DNA of 61,925 nt, filler included, from Coriobacteriales bacterium (GTDB taxonomy: Bacteria > Actinomycetota > Coriobacteriia > Coriobacteriales > UBA8131), in assembly GCA_031263105.1 (NCBI GenBank). It is 5 parts of 5 records of this genome, joined end to end, with 100 filler letters (N's around TTAATTAATTAA, not from the genome) between each part and the next. Parts side by side here need not be neighbours in the genome. Positions count along the whole stretch, not along the records: positions 24,001 to 48,103 come from JAISGJ010000228.1; positions 48,204 to 58,996 come from JAISGJ010000230.1; 3 more parts are not named here. One strand, given 5' to 3'. The notes below the pieces were generated by a model that ran no database searches, was not told the origin of the DNA, and saw only the letters and a program-made list of their open reading frames with translations. Positions within the stretch are counted from its first letter, which is position 1; every line of letters starts with the position of its first letter. This document shows positions 37,757 through 50,554 of the stretch, one piece after another. A program made the position numbers and the translations under genes.

Positions 37757-39025
37757 CTACCGGTCGAACGGCAGCACTTCGACGTCGGCGAGGATCCGGT
37801 CGAGCCAGGCGTCGATGGGAAGCCCGGCCCATACCGCGTCGACTTGGGAGGGCCTCGCGTGGGTCTCGGGGTTGCGCGGCATGAAGAGCGTGCAGCAGTC
37901 CTCATGGGCCACGGACGAGATGCCGTAGGTGCCCAGCAGCCGCGCCTCGTCGATGATCTCCTGCTTGTCCATCCCGATGAGGGGGCGCAGCACAGGGTAG
38001 GCGGCGACGGCGCCTGTGGCACGGATGTTGTCGAGGGTCTGGGACGCGACCTGCCCGAGCGACTCGCCGGTGACGAGCGCCTTGGCCCGCCAGCGCTCGG
38101 CGATGCGGTTCGCGACGGCGAGCATCAGGCGGCGGTAGAGTATCACGCGCAAGGCAGGGGGCACCCTCTCCGCAATCTCGCGCTGATAGCCGCCGAACGC
38201 GACGACGCACAGCCGTTCGACGCCCCCCAAGGGCCGGAGCACCTCGAGTATGTCCCTCACCAGGTGCTCCGAGGCGTCGGCGGTCTCGGGACGACCGGAG
38301 AAGTGCAGGGCCGTCACGCTCGCACCGCGCCTCATCATGCGCCATGCGGCCACCGGCGAGTCGAAGCCCGCAGAAAGGAGGCAGACGACGCTGCCTGCCG
38401 TGCCGACCGGCAGCCCGCCGACCGCCTTGCGGGTATGGACGTAGACGAAGGCCGAGCCTTCCACCATCTCGACATGCAGGTGCGCGTCGGGGCCGCGCAT
38501 CCTGACGCCCTTCTCGGGGAGCCGCTCGCAGAGCCACGCGCCGATACGCTGGTTGAGCTGCATGCTGTCGAGGGGAAAGTCCGTGTTCGCGCGCCGCGCA
38601 TCGACCTTGAAGGTGCCGAAGGGCTCGGCCTGCGCAAGCACCCAGAGGGAGGCCCGACAGACGTCCTCGAGGCGCTGCGCCGCCCTTATCCCGCAGGAAA
38701 GGCGGACGATGCCCGGCACCTGGACAAGCATGTCGGCAGCCTTGAGCGCGTCGGGCCAGCTCCTTGCCGAGACGAGCAGCCTTCCCGACACCCGGGAGAC
38801 CCGCACGTCCGCAAGGGAGGCCAGGCGTCCTTCGACGTTCTGTTTGAGCTTGCGTTCGAAGCTCGGACGGTTCCTGCCCTTGAGCCCGACCTCGTGATAG
38901 TGGACGAGGCAGACGAAGCGGAACCCCGCATCCGCGTCCGCGGCCTCTCCCTCGCAGGCCTCACGCCCCTCCTGGCCCTCACGGGGGCACGGGGGCTCAG
39001 AGGGCCCAAGGGGCTCAAGACTCAT
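37757..39025 (-). CDS. thiI: tRNA 4-thiouridine(8) synthase ThiI
   Basis: EVGLKGRNR, THUMP domain, GGLPVG, LLSAGFDSPVA, TGESLGQVASQT, EDCC. Confidence 0.93.
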   Translation of the reverse strand: MSLEPLGPSEPPCPREGQEGREACEGEAADADAGFRFVCLVHYHEVGLKGRNRPSFERKLKQNVEGRLASLADVRVSRVSGRLLVSARSWPDALKAADMLVQVPGIVRLSCGIRAAQRLEDVCRASLWVLAQAEPFGTFKVDARRANTDFPLDSMQLNQRIGAWLCERLPEKGVRMRGPDAHLHVEMVEGSAFVYVHTRKAVGGLPVGTAGSVVCLLSAGFDSPVAAWRMMRRGASVTALHFSGRPETADASEHLVRDILEVLRPLGGVERLCVVAFGGYQREIAERVPPALRVILYRRLMLAVANRIAERWRAKALVTGESLGQVASQTLDNIRATGAVAAYPVLRPLIGMDKQEIIDEARLLGTYGISSVAHEDCCTLFMPRNPETHARPSQVDAVWAGLPIDAWLDRILADVEVLPFDR

Positions 39026-39275
39026 CGGTTCCGAACTGCTGGGGGTCGAAGCCCACTTCGTTGCGGTAGATCTCCTCCATGGCAAGCGAGAGCGGCTTGC
39101 GGCCGGCAAGCTGCGCTATCTGCGTGGCGGACTGCAAGGCGATGGCACGGTCGCGTTGGCCGCGCATCATATCGTTGATGTCCCGTGCGCGCTCCGCCGC
39201 AACGGAGCAGAGCAGGTACTTGTCATTGTTCGTCTTCTCGAGGAGTTCATCGACGGGCGGCTGCATCAAAGACAT
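39015..39275 (-). CDS. rpoZ: RNA polymerase omega subunit
   Basis: PPVDELL...KYLL...AERARDI...KPLSLAMEEI; follows gmk. Confidence 0.92.
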   Translation of the reverse strand: MSLMQPPVDELLEKTNNDKYLLCSVAAERARDINDMMRGQRDRAIALQSATQIAQLAGRKPLSLAMEEIYRNEVGFDPQQFGTDES

Positions 39276-39311
39276 GGTGGTTCCTCACTAACACTACAGG
39301 GCACACGGGCT

Positions 39312-39866
39312 TCAGGCCCTGCCTGAGATATAACGGTACAGTTCCTCGGCCGCATCCTCCAACACGTCGTTGACGATGACGGCCTGATAGCGGTCGCGGA
39401 GCCCCATTTCCACGTCGGCAGTGGCCATCCTGCGCCGAATGGACGCCTCGTCCTCGGTCGCACGGATGCGCAGACGCTGTTCAAGGGCATCGAGCGAAGG
39501 AGGCGCAATGAAGATCAGGACAGCCTGGGGGAGCTTCGAGCGTACCTGGAAGGCACCCTGCGGGTCTATCTCCAGGATCACGTCGATGCCTTGGCCGAGA
39601 CGATGCTCGACCTCCTTGCGGATGGTCCCATAACGCTCGCCGTGGACGGTAGCCCATTCGAGCAGCCCGTCCACAGCGATCAGCGCGTCGAACTCTTCGT
39701 TGCTCAGGAAGAAATACTCCACCCCTTCGACCTCGCCTTTGCGAGGAGAGCGGGTTGTGGCAGAAACCGAGAGCCAGACCGGGCCGAGCCTTTGCAGCAC
39801 CAAGCCCAGCAACGTCCCCTTGCCAGCCCCTGACGGCCCGGAAACAACGTAGAGGTTTCCGGTCAC
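39312..39866 (-). CDS. gmk: Guanylate kinase
   Basis: SGPSGAGKGT, SATTRSPRKGE, LEIDPQGA. Confidence 0.97.
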   Translation of the reverse strand: MTGNLYVVSGPSGAGKGTLLGLVLQRLGPVWLSVSATTRSPRKGEVEGVEYFFLSNEEFDALIAVDGLLEWATVHGERYGTIRKEVEHRLGQGIDVILEIDPQGAFQVRSKLPQAVLIFIAPPSLDALEQRLRIRATEDEASIRRRMATADVEMGLRDRYQAVIVNDVLEDAAEELYRYISGRA

Positions 39867-39872
39867 AGGCCT

Positions 39873-40181
39873 TTATCCCAGTCGCTCGAGCAGAGCCGCC
39901 TTCTGTTTCTCTCCCAGGCCCTTGACCCTGCGGGTGTCGGATATGTCGAGGTCTGCAAGCAGCTTTGCCGCCTTTGCCTTCCCGTAACCAGGCAAGGACT
40001 CGATGAGGGTGACGACCTTGATCTTGTCGACGACAGGGTCGCCGGCCTTGGCAAGGACGTCGGCGAACGAAAGCTCGCCGCTCTTGACCTTGGCCCTGAG
40101 TGCCGCACGGGCGCTCCTTGCAGCAGCCGCTTTCTTCAGTGCTTCCTTACGTGCTTCGTCTGACAGTTGTGGCAAAGCCAT
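39873..40181 (-). CDS. mihF: Actinobacterial integration host factor (mIHF)
   Basis: MALPQLSDEAR...LESLPG-like IESLPGYGKAKA...RRVKGLG; upstream of gmk. Confidence 0.93.
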   Translation of the reverse strand: MALPQLSDEARKEALKKAAAARSARAALRAKVKSGELSFADVLAKAGDPVVDKIKVVTLIESLPGYGKAKAAKLLADLDISDTRRVKGLGEKQKAALLERLG

Positions 40182-40284
40182 ACTAACTCCTTTTGTCTGG
40201 GATAATGACGCTGTTGATTGTAAGCGTTCCTACCCCGTTTTGGCAAGACACCTCTCATATTGACGGTCGAAACTTGTGTGCCGG

Positions 40285-40507
40285 GCCACTGTTCACACCC
40301 CACTGTCATCCCGAGCCTGCCGAGGGATCCTCGACCGCGCAAGCGGTCGACCGCAGGCCGAAGGGCCCTGCGACCTGCCGTTGGACACTGCGTGATCCGT
40401 GGGCCTGCCGGCCCGTCCTCGCTGAAAACGCGATGCGTTTTACGGGCGCTCGGACCCAAAGATTCCTCGGCAGGGCTCGGAATGACAGTGGGGGTGTGAA
40501 CTGTAAC
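40285..40507. mobile_element. MITE family copy 4
   Basis: Internal sequence nearly identical to copy 2; flanking direct repeat TGTGCCGG(GCCAC) at 40277 and 40508. Confidence 0.8.
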
Positions 40508-40712
40508 TGTGCCGGGCCACCGGGGCGGGAGCGAACGGACGGGAAGGGGAGAAAACAGGACGGCAACACAGGGGTAACGCACGCCGCGCCCAAGGGCGGA
40601 CGAGGGACAGGCGGGGGCGCTTTCGGCTATCATGGGAGGCTGTGAAAGCGATTTCTCGTAAGCTGTGGGGCCCAGGACGGGCGACGACGCAGCTGGAACT
40701 CGGAGGTTCGAC

Positions 40713-41807
40713 ATGGGATACGAACGCGGAGACCTGCACAGGGACGGGGGCCCTGCCTCTGCCTCCGGCAGACACGGCACAGCGGGCGGCGCCCACAGCA
40801 GGGGCCCTGACGGGGCGGGCGGCCACGGGGCCGCGCCGTCGGACGGCAGGAAGAAGAAGAAGCGCCTCAAGAGATGGCAGAAGGTCGCCATCGGCGCAGG
40901 CGTCCCCGTCGCGATCCTGCTGGTCGCCGCCATCGCCCTGTTCTCCTACCTGGGCTCCCTTGACAAGAACATGGCGCTCGACGACCTGGCCATGAAGGAC
41001 CTCAAGGGGGTGCTCGCACAGCAGCCGGCCAGCCCGACGGACCCCTACTACGTCCTCGTCCTCGGCTCGGACGCACGCGAGGGCGAGACGGCGTCGCGCT
41101 CGGACACCATCATGCTGTGCCGCCTCGACCCCGGCAACAAGCGCGTCTCCATCCTCTCCATCCCCCGCGACACCAAGGTCGAGCTCGAAGGCTACGGGAC
41201 ACAGAAGATAAACGCGGCAATGGCCTACGAAGGGCCTGCGGGCGCTGTGAAGGCGGTCTCTGGCTTCGTCGGAGTGGAGATAGCGCACGTCGCGCTCATA
41301 GACTTCGCAGGCTTCTCGGGGATCGTCGATGCCCTGGGAGGCGTCACGGTCGACGTCCCCCTCTACACGGAGTTCGACGGCATCGAGCTCCAGCCCGGGG
41401 TGCAGACGCTCAACGGCACCCAGGCGCTGGCCTTCGCCCGCTGCAGGATGGAGTACGGGCTGGGGGACTTCCAGCGTGCCGCAAACCAGCGCATACTCCT
41501 CAAGGCGGTCGCGAGCCAGGTGATGCAGGCGTCCCCCACCGAGATCCCCTCGCTCGTGGGCTCCCTGACCACGAGCGTCGGCACCGACCTCAAGGTGACC
41601 GACCTCGTCGGCCTCGTCGGCAGCTTCCGGGGCATGAGCGCCGATGCCGACATCTATACCGGGCAGGTGCCTTCCACGACGGACATGATCGACGGCGTCT
41701 CCTACGTCATAACCATCGAGGACCAATGGGCCGGGGTGCGGGAGAAGTTCGTGGGCGGCGAGGTGCCCTTCGTCGACAGCAGCAACCAGCCGGCGGTCAT
41801 CGACTAG
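40713..41807 (+). CDS. LCP (LytR-CpsA-Psr) family cell-wall polymer transferase
   Basis: TM helix; LVLGSD.R, RSDTIM, SIPRD, KINAA, VDALGGV, DFQRAANQR. Confidence 0.93.
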   Translation: MGYERGDLHRDGGPASASGRHGTAGGAHSRGPDGAGGHGAAPSDGRKKKKRLKRWQKVAIGAGVPVAILLVAAIALFSYLGSLDKNMALDDLAMKDLKGVLAQQPASPTDPYYVLVLGSDAREGETASRSDTIMLCRLDPGNKRVSILSIPRDTKVELEGYGTQKINAAMAYEGPAGAVKAVSGFVGVEIAHVALIDFAGFSGIVDALGGVTVDVPLYTEFDGIELQPGVQTLNGTQALAFARCRMEYGLGDFQRAANQRILLKAVASQVMQASPTEIPSLVGSLTTSVGTDLKVTDLVGLVGSFRGMSADADIYTGQVPSTTDMIDGVSYVITIEDQWAGVREKFVGGEVPFVDSSNQPAVID

Positions 41808-41859
41808 TAGACCGTTCGGCCGCATCGCCGCCCGTCGGCGCTTCCCCAGGGAAGCGCCG

Positions 41860-42390
41860 TCACCCTTTTCCGCCACGCGCCATGCGCTCGAGGGCCGCAC
41901 GGACGTCCTCGTCGAGACGGCCGGCCAAGGTGCGCTTGCCCGCCTGCTCGCAGACCGCCTCCTCGATGTCGCGGCGGATGCCCTGCATCTCCTCGGCGAA
42001 GCCTGCCGCAGACATGCGGGTCACCTTCCTGCCCAGCACCGTCCATTGCGTCGCGGCATCCGAGGTGACGACCAGCACCTCCCTGCCCTGGCCTGCGGCG
42101 GCCCGTGCCAGCTCCTCGATGACGCTGTCCGCCGAGACGCCGGCCGACGAGAAGACCACCTGTATGCCGGCGACCTTCCGCGCCTCCCCGGTCGAGTGCG
42201 GGTTGCCTCCCCCGTCGAAGACGACCGTCGCCTCGTACTCGCGCCCCGCGAAGGTCGCCACGTCGGTCACGAGCGCCTGACGTGCGACGTTGAAAGCGTC
42301 GTGGGTGTGGTCGGGGACCCCCTCTGTTAGATGCGCGTAGGCGCTCCCGCTCCGCAGCACGTTGTACCCATCGACCAGAAGCAGCCTCAT
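41860..42390 (-). CDS. NYN-domain YacP/Rae1-like ribosome-associated RNase
   Basis: LLVDGYNV, VVFDG, SADSVIE, VVTSD; follows rlmB. Confidence 0.9.
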   Translation of the reverse strand: MRLLLVDGYNVLRSGSAYAHLTEGVPDHTHDAFNVARQALVTDVATFAGREYEATVVFDGGGNPHSTGEARKVAGIQVVFSSAGVSADSVIEELARAAAGQGREVLVVTSDAATQWTVLGRKVTRMSAAGFAEEMQGIRRDIEEAVCEQAGKRTLAGRLDEDVRAALERMARGGKG

Positions 42391-42950
42391 GGCGCACCGC
42401 TGGCCCTGCGGAGCCACTCGTAGGCTATGGCCGTGAACGCCTGGGCCACGTTGAGCGACTGCGTGAGGCCACGCTGGGGCAGCCTGACCTCGAAGTCGCA
42501 GGTCTCGCGCACAAGGCGCGAAAGGCCGGTGTCCTCCGAACCCATCACGAGCACGATGCGGCCTTCCAGCGGCGCATGCCATATGTCCTGGCGCGCGCGC
42601 TCGCAGGCCCCCGCTATCCAGAAGCCCTCCTCCTTGAGCCGCTTGAGCGCGCTCACGAGGTTGGCCTCGCGTGCGACCTTGAGATGCTCGACCGCGCCGG
42701 CCGATGCGCGAAAGGCCGCCTCGTTCACAGGGGCGGCACGCTTGCCGGGGACGAGCACGCCGGTCGCCCCCACGACCTCGGCGCTGCGCAGCACGGCCCC
42801 CAGGTTGCCGACGTCGGTGATGTGGTCGAGCGCGACGACGAGCGCGTCCTCCTTGCCGCGCGCCAAGGCGATGAGGTCGTGCAGCGTCGCGTACTCGTGC
42901 CGGTAGGGCTCCTCCGCGAAGGCCTCCGTGCGTTCCCGCCATTCGGACAT
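42387..42950 (-). CDS. SpoU/TrmH-family RNA methyltransferase in the RlmB position, lacking the N-terminal domain
   Basis: DHITDVGNLGAVLRSAE, VMGSEDTG, SLNVAQA; only 187 aa. Confidence 0.85.
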   Translation of the reverse strand: MSEWRERTEAFAEEPYRHEYATLHDLIALARGKEDALVVALDHITDVGNLGAVLRSAEVVGATGVLVPGKRAAPVNEAAFRASAGAVEHLKVAREANLVSALKRLKEEGFWIAGACERARQDIWHAPLEGRIVLVMGSEDTGLSRLVRETCDFEVRLPQRGLTQSLNVAQAFTAIAYEWLRRASGAP

Positions 42951-42951
42951 G

Positions 42952-44492
<1,541 letters not shown>

Positions 44493-44493
<1 letters not shown>

Positions 44494-45203
44494 TAGATAC
44501 CTCCACCGAAGATGAACAGGTCGTCCGACAGGTCGAAGACCTCGGTGCCCCTCCCCTGCCAGTTGGGGGTCGGCAGGTGCAGGTGCGCCTCCAAGTGGGC
44601 GACCCTCTGATGGAGCGCCTCCACCTGCGCCTCGAAGGGGTCGGGCAGAAGCTCGCGCCGGTAGGGGTCGGCGGGGCAGATGCGCATGCCCTTCTGGGCG
44701 ACGATACGCCCGGGGATGCCCACCACCGTGCAGTGCTCGGGGACGTTGTCCACCACGACGGCGCCGCCCCCGACCTTCGAGTGCGCGCCGACAGTGATGT
44801 TCCCAAGCACTGCCGCCCCCACCCCCACGATCGCGTCGTGCCCGATGTTGGGATGGCGCTTCCCTTGGTCCTTGCCCGTGCCGCCGAGGGTCACGCCCTG
44901 GTACAGGGTCACGTCGTCGTCCACCACGGCGGTCTCGCCGATGATGACCCCCATGCCGTGGTCGATGAACACGCGATGGCCGAGCACGGCGCCGGGATGG
45001 ATCTCGATGCCGGTGAAGAAGCGGGTCGCCTGGCTCAGGAAGCGCGCGAGGCCGCGCCTGCCGTGACGCCAGAGCCAGTTCTCGATGCGGTGCGCACATA
45101 CCGCCTGCACGCCGGGATAGCAGAGGAAGATGGCGATGCTCGAGGTCGCGGCGGGGTCGCGCTCCTTTACCGCCTGTATGTCCTCACGTAGTCTCTTGAA
45201 CAT
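44493..45203 (-). CDS. cysE: Serine O-acetyltransferase
   Basis: RDPAA, GIEIHPGA, FIDHGMGVIIGET, TLGGTG...RHP. Confidence 0.96.
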
Positions 45204-45321
45204 GGTGCTCTCTCCAAACCGGACGGACGGGACGTCCCGCCCGTCGAACGGTCATACGCTGTCGATACGGAAAACGCGGGGGCGCCCTGCCCGCCGCCAT
45301 GGGGCCCGGTCCTGCCGGGCA

Positions 45322-45858
45322 TCAACACGCGCAGCCCTCGGGGGGACGGCCGCCGTCTCCCCCGGGACGCTCGAGCAGGGCGACCGCCGAAGCGGCCATC
45401 CCCTCGCCGCGCCCCTCGAAGCCCAGCTGCTCGGTGGTGGTCGCCTTGATGCCCACACGCTCGACCCCGACCGCCAACGCACGTGCTAGGTTCGCGCGCA
45501 TCTCGTCGCGGTACGGCGCCACCTTCGGCGCCTGCGCGACGACCACGGTGTCGATGTCGAGGACGGAGAAGCCCTGGGCGCGCACCATCGCCCCCACGCG
45601 CTCCAGCATCACGAGCGAGTCCATGCCCGCATAGGCGGGGTCGGTGTCTGGGAAGTGCGTGCCGATGTCCCCGTCGCGAAGGGCGCCGAGCAGGGCGTCC
45701 GCGACGGCATGGACCAGCACGTCGGCGTCCGAGTGGCCGAGCAGCCCGCGCGCAAAGGGAAGGACGACGCCGCCGAGGACGAGCGGACGGGCCGCCTGCG
45801 GCTCGGCGAAGGCATGGACGTCGTAGCCGAGCCCTATGCGCAGCAAAGGGGCGCTCAT
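45322..45858 (-). CDS. ispF: 2-C-methyl-D-erythritol 2,4-cyclodiphosphate synthase
   Basis: RIGLGYDVH, GHSDADV, KATTTE. Confidence 0.96.
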   Translation of the reverse strand: MSAPLLRIGLGYDVHAFAEPQAARPLVLGGVVLPFARGLLGHSDADVLVHAVADALLGALRDGDIGTHFPDTDPAYAGMDSLVMLERVGAMVRAQGFSVLDIDTVVVAQAPKVAPYRDEMRANLARALAVGVERVGIKATTTEQLGFEGRGEGMAASAVALLERPGGDGGRPPEGCAC

Positions 45859-46742
45859 ACGCGCTCCTGGAGCCACATGCCCAGGCCCGCCTCGATGGCG
45901 AGGCGGTCCTCGGGGACGGTTATCTTGATGTTGTTGCGCGGCCCCTGCACCAGAAGGACCCTGCCGCCGATGCGCTCCACCAGCGAGGAGTCGTCGGTGC
46001 CGACGAAGCCCTCCGCAAGGGCCGTCGCGTGCGCCTCGCGCAGGACGTCGCTGCGGAAGGCCTGCGGGGTCTGCGCGACCCAGAACGCGCTGCGGTCCGG
46101 CGTGCCGATGATGCCCTCGTCGCTGACGATCTTGAGCGTGTCGATGGCCGGGTAGCCCACGACCGCCCCGTCGGCATCGAGGTTGCCACGGACCGCCGAG
46201 AGCGTGTGGCCGATAAGCTCGGGGGTCACGAGCGGGCGCGCTGCGTCATGGATGGCGATGAACTCATAGGTCGAAGGAACCCTGCTGATGCCGGAGAACG
46301 AGGACTCCTGGCGGAGCACGCCGGCCGGTGCCATGAGCACCGGCGTGACGAAGGGGAAGCCGTCTATCGCCTCGCGGCAGTACTCGTCCATACGCTCCTC
46401 GGGCGCGACGATGACGATCAGGCCCACGTCGGAGACCGCGTCGAAGGCCTCGGCGCTCCAGGTGAGGACGGGCTTGCCCTGGAGCTCGAGCGTCTGCTTG
46501 CCGCCGATACGGCCGAAGCGCTCCCCGGTGCCGCCGGCGAGTATCACGGCCGCCGTGTGCGGGTTATGGGAGAGCTTCCCCCTGATCGCTGCGACCGGTG
46601 CCGTCAGCAGGTCGAGGCTCTCCTTGTCGAGGAGGAACTCGGGGGCCGCAAGGACCGAGGGGCCGTGGATAGGGTCGAGCCGCCGGGTGACGACGCCCTG
46701 GCCCGCCCCTTCCTTGTCCCTGCTGCCTTCGATGCGGGTCAC
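45855..46742 (-). CDS. ispD: 2-C-methyl-D-erythritol 4-phosphate cytidylyltransferase (N-terminal extension)
   Basis: LAGGTGERFG, HDAARP, QTPQAF, TDD, NIKITVPED. Confidence 0.95.
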   Translation of the reverse strand: MTRIEGSRDKEGAGQGVVTRRLDPIHGPSVLAAPEFLLDKESLDLLTAPVAAIRGKLSHNPHTAAVILAGGTGERFGRIGGKQTLELQGKPVLTWSAEAFDAVSDVGLIVIVAPEERMDEYCREAIDGFPFVTPVLMAPAGVLRQESSFSGISRVPSTYEFIAIHDAARPLVTPELIGHTLSAVRGNLDADGAVVGYPAIDTLKIVSDEGIIGTPDRSAFWVAQTPQAFRSDVLREAHATALAEGFVGTDDSSLVERIGGRVLLVQGPRNNIKITVPEDRLAIEAGLGMWLQERV

Positions 46743-46784
46743 CTCGGTCCTCTCCTCATGTCGTCCCGCACGCCAGCCTGCGAC

Positions 46785-47855
46785 TCACAGGGTGCTGCGC
46801 AGCTGGCGGAAGCTTGCGGCGATGGCACGGGCGTTGTTGATGCCCGCGTTGTCCAGGCGGTCGAAGCCGCCCTTGGAGTCGTTCACCAGAGCGGCGAGCG
46901 ACCCGTACTCGTCAATGATACGTGCCGTGGCGGCCTCGTCGAGCATGGAGATACGGGACATGACCCTGAAGCCCCGTGGATGGAGGTGAAGCTCGTCTGC
47001 CATGGGCTCGCTGAACCCCAGGGCGTACATGATGCTCTGGCCGTCCAGCTCGTCGGCAGGCGTGTTGAGGAGCGCACGGGCTATCCGCTTCGCGTCCTTC
47101 GCGGAGGAGGTGCCTGCATAGTCGCGCACCGTGAGGAGGAAGGACTCGGTCACGCCGTGCATGATCTCGTCGAGCTGGTTGCGGAGGAGGCCGCTGTTGT
47201 TGCCCAGGTAGTTGATGAAGCGCTCGGTGTGCGCGGCAAGCCTGACGAGGTTCACGAAACGGGTCAGCACGTCGGAGACGTCGACGACGGTCACCAAGTC
47301 GTCGAGCTCGATGAAGCTCTGCCGTATGACGGCCTTCTCGAGGTTGTTCTTCGCGTTCTGCAGCGCGAGGATGCCCTGGTTGCTCTTGGAGAGCAGGATG
47401 TCGTCCGGGTCGAGCGTGAGCGCCTGCCCATGGCGGTAGATGGTCGTCTGGGTGCGCCGCTTGGAGATGGCTATGACGATGGACTCGGTCTGGGCGCTCG
47501 TGCGCGCCGCCGAGCGGTGCCGCATCCCCGTCTCCTGGGTGACGATGGTCGGGTCGGGGTTCAGATGGAAGTTCGCGCATACGATCTGCTCCCCGTCGTC
47601 GGACAGCACGATGGCGCCGTCCATCTTGGAGAGCTCGAACAGGCGCTGCGGGGTGAAGGGGGCGTCGATCCTGAAGCCGCCGTCGCCGATGGTGAGGACG
47701 GCCTTCACGTCCCCGATGCAGATAAGCGCGCCGTTCTGGGCGGAGATGATCATGTCGAGCGCCTCGCGCAGGAGCGTGCCCGGTGCGACCCTGCCTATCG
47801 CGCTGTCGAACAGATCCTGCGTGTTGTCCGGCAGTATCGTGCGCACGTTCTCCAT
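46785..47855 (-). CDS. disA: DNA integrity scanning diadenylate cyclase
   Basis: APGTLLR, ELSKMDGA, ETGMRHRSA, PRGFR, C-terminal HhH. Confidence 0.9.
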   Translation of the reverse strand: MENVRTILPDNTQDLFDSAIGRVAPGTLLREALDMIISAQNGALICIGDVKAVLTIGDGGFRIDAPFTPQRLFELSKMDGAIVLSDDGEQIVCANFHLNPDPTIVTQETGMRHRSAARTSAQTESIVIAISKRRTQTTIYRHGQALTLDPDDILLSKSNQGILALQNAKNNLEKAVIRQSFIELDDLVTVVDVSDVLTRFVNLVRLAAHTERFINYLGNNSGLLRNQLDEIMHGVTESFLLTVRDYAGTSSAKDAKRIARALLNTPADELDGQSIMYALGFSEPMADELHLHPRGFRVMSRISMLDEAATARIIDEYGSLAALVNDSKGGFDRLDNAGINNARAIAASFRQLRSTL

Positions 47856-47991
47856 ATGTCCTCCCTGACATCCTGTCGTAAGACCCTGTGAATCAACCCG
47901 TACCCATTGTACCCCAGGGAAGTGCCGATTGCCCCCGTGCGCCCCGGGCGCCAAGGCATTTTCTTCTCTACGCGCGGCCCCCCCCCCCCCC

Positions 47992-48103
47992 ATTACCATG
48001 TTTCCTAAGCCGAAACCTTGCGCACGGCTGTGGAAAACCAAGCCGAAGGGTTGATTCGGTTTTCCACAGCAGCCGTGTGGGCGTGACCTTTGCCGTGTTG
48101 TGG
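47992..48103. repeat. 112-bp end of a multicopy element (contig end)
   Basis: Exact reverse complement of 48204-48315; internal hairpin CTGTGGAAAACC...GGTTTTCCACAG. Confidence 0.85.
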
Positions 48104-48203
48104 NNNNNNNNNNNNNNNNNNNNNNNNNNNNNNNNNNNNNNNNNNNNTTAATTAATTAANNNNNNNNNNNNNNNNNNNNNNNNNNNNNNNNNNNNNNNNN
48201 NNN
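48104..48203. other. Artificial contig-join spacer
   Basis: N run containing TTAATTAATTAA. Confidence 0.98.
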
Positions 48204-48315
48204 CCACAACACGGCAAAGGTCACGCCCACACGGCTGCTGTGGAAAACCGAATCAACCCTTCGGCTTGGTTTTCCACAGCCGTGCGCAAGGTTTCGGCTT
48301 AGGAAACATGGTAAT
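48204..48315. repeat. 112-bp end of the same multicopy element (contig start)
   Basis: Reverse complement of 47992-48103. Confidence 0.85.
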
Positions 48316-48357
48316 GGGGGGGCTGCAATGAAGAATGCGCTGCGGCTCCGCCGCGCC

Positions 48358-50165
<1,808 letters not shown>

Positions 50166-50239
50166 GGGAGACATGGTACCACGAGAGCGCCACGGCGGCA
50201 CCGGGATAGCCGCTGCCCTTCTCTTGCCCCGCCCCTCTC

Positions 50240-50413
50240 GTTACTGTTCGCGCCTCACTACGAGTGGGAGACCCTTCTGCGTGTAGTCGGCTGCTCCGCT
50301 CTCCATGGGCCTGTCGGCCCGTCCTCGCTGAAAACGCGGTGCGTTTTCCGGGCGCTCGAACCCGAAGATTCCTCGACTGCGGGGCTTCGCCCCTCCGCTC
50401 GGAATGACAGTGG
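50240..50413. mobile_element. MITE family copy 5 (degenerate)
   Basis: GTTACTGTTCGCGCC left end; shared core GGCCCGTCCTCGCTGAAAACGC...AAGATTCCTCG...CTCGGAATGACAGTGG; no clear target duplication. Confidence 0.65.
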
Positions 50414-50554
50414 AGTTTTTGTTGCCCTTCTTCGTACCGTCTGCCGTGCTGCGACGGATTGCACTCGCGGGCCGCCCCGTTCCTCCCGTACAATCGGGGT
50501 GTGTGCCACAAGCGGCATGCGGCAATGAAAACGATGACCGATAAGGAGGCCCCT

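Noticed and set aside
45204..45321. T-box leader upstream of cysE-cysS
   Set aside because: Too short, with no T-box UGGNACC antiterminator motif; only a simple GC hairpin is present
48204..48315. Group II intron 3' end
   Set aside because: No domain V catalytic-triad hairpin is recognisable on either strand
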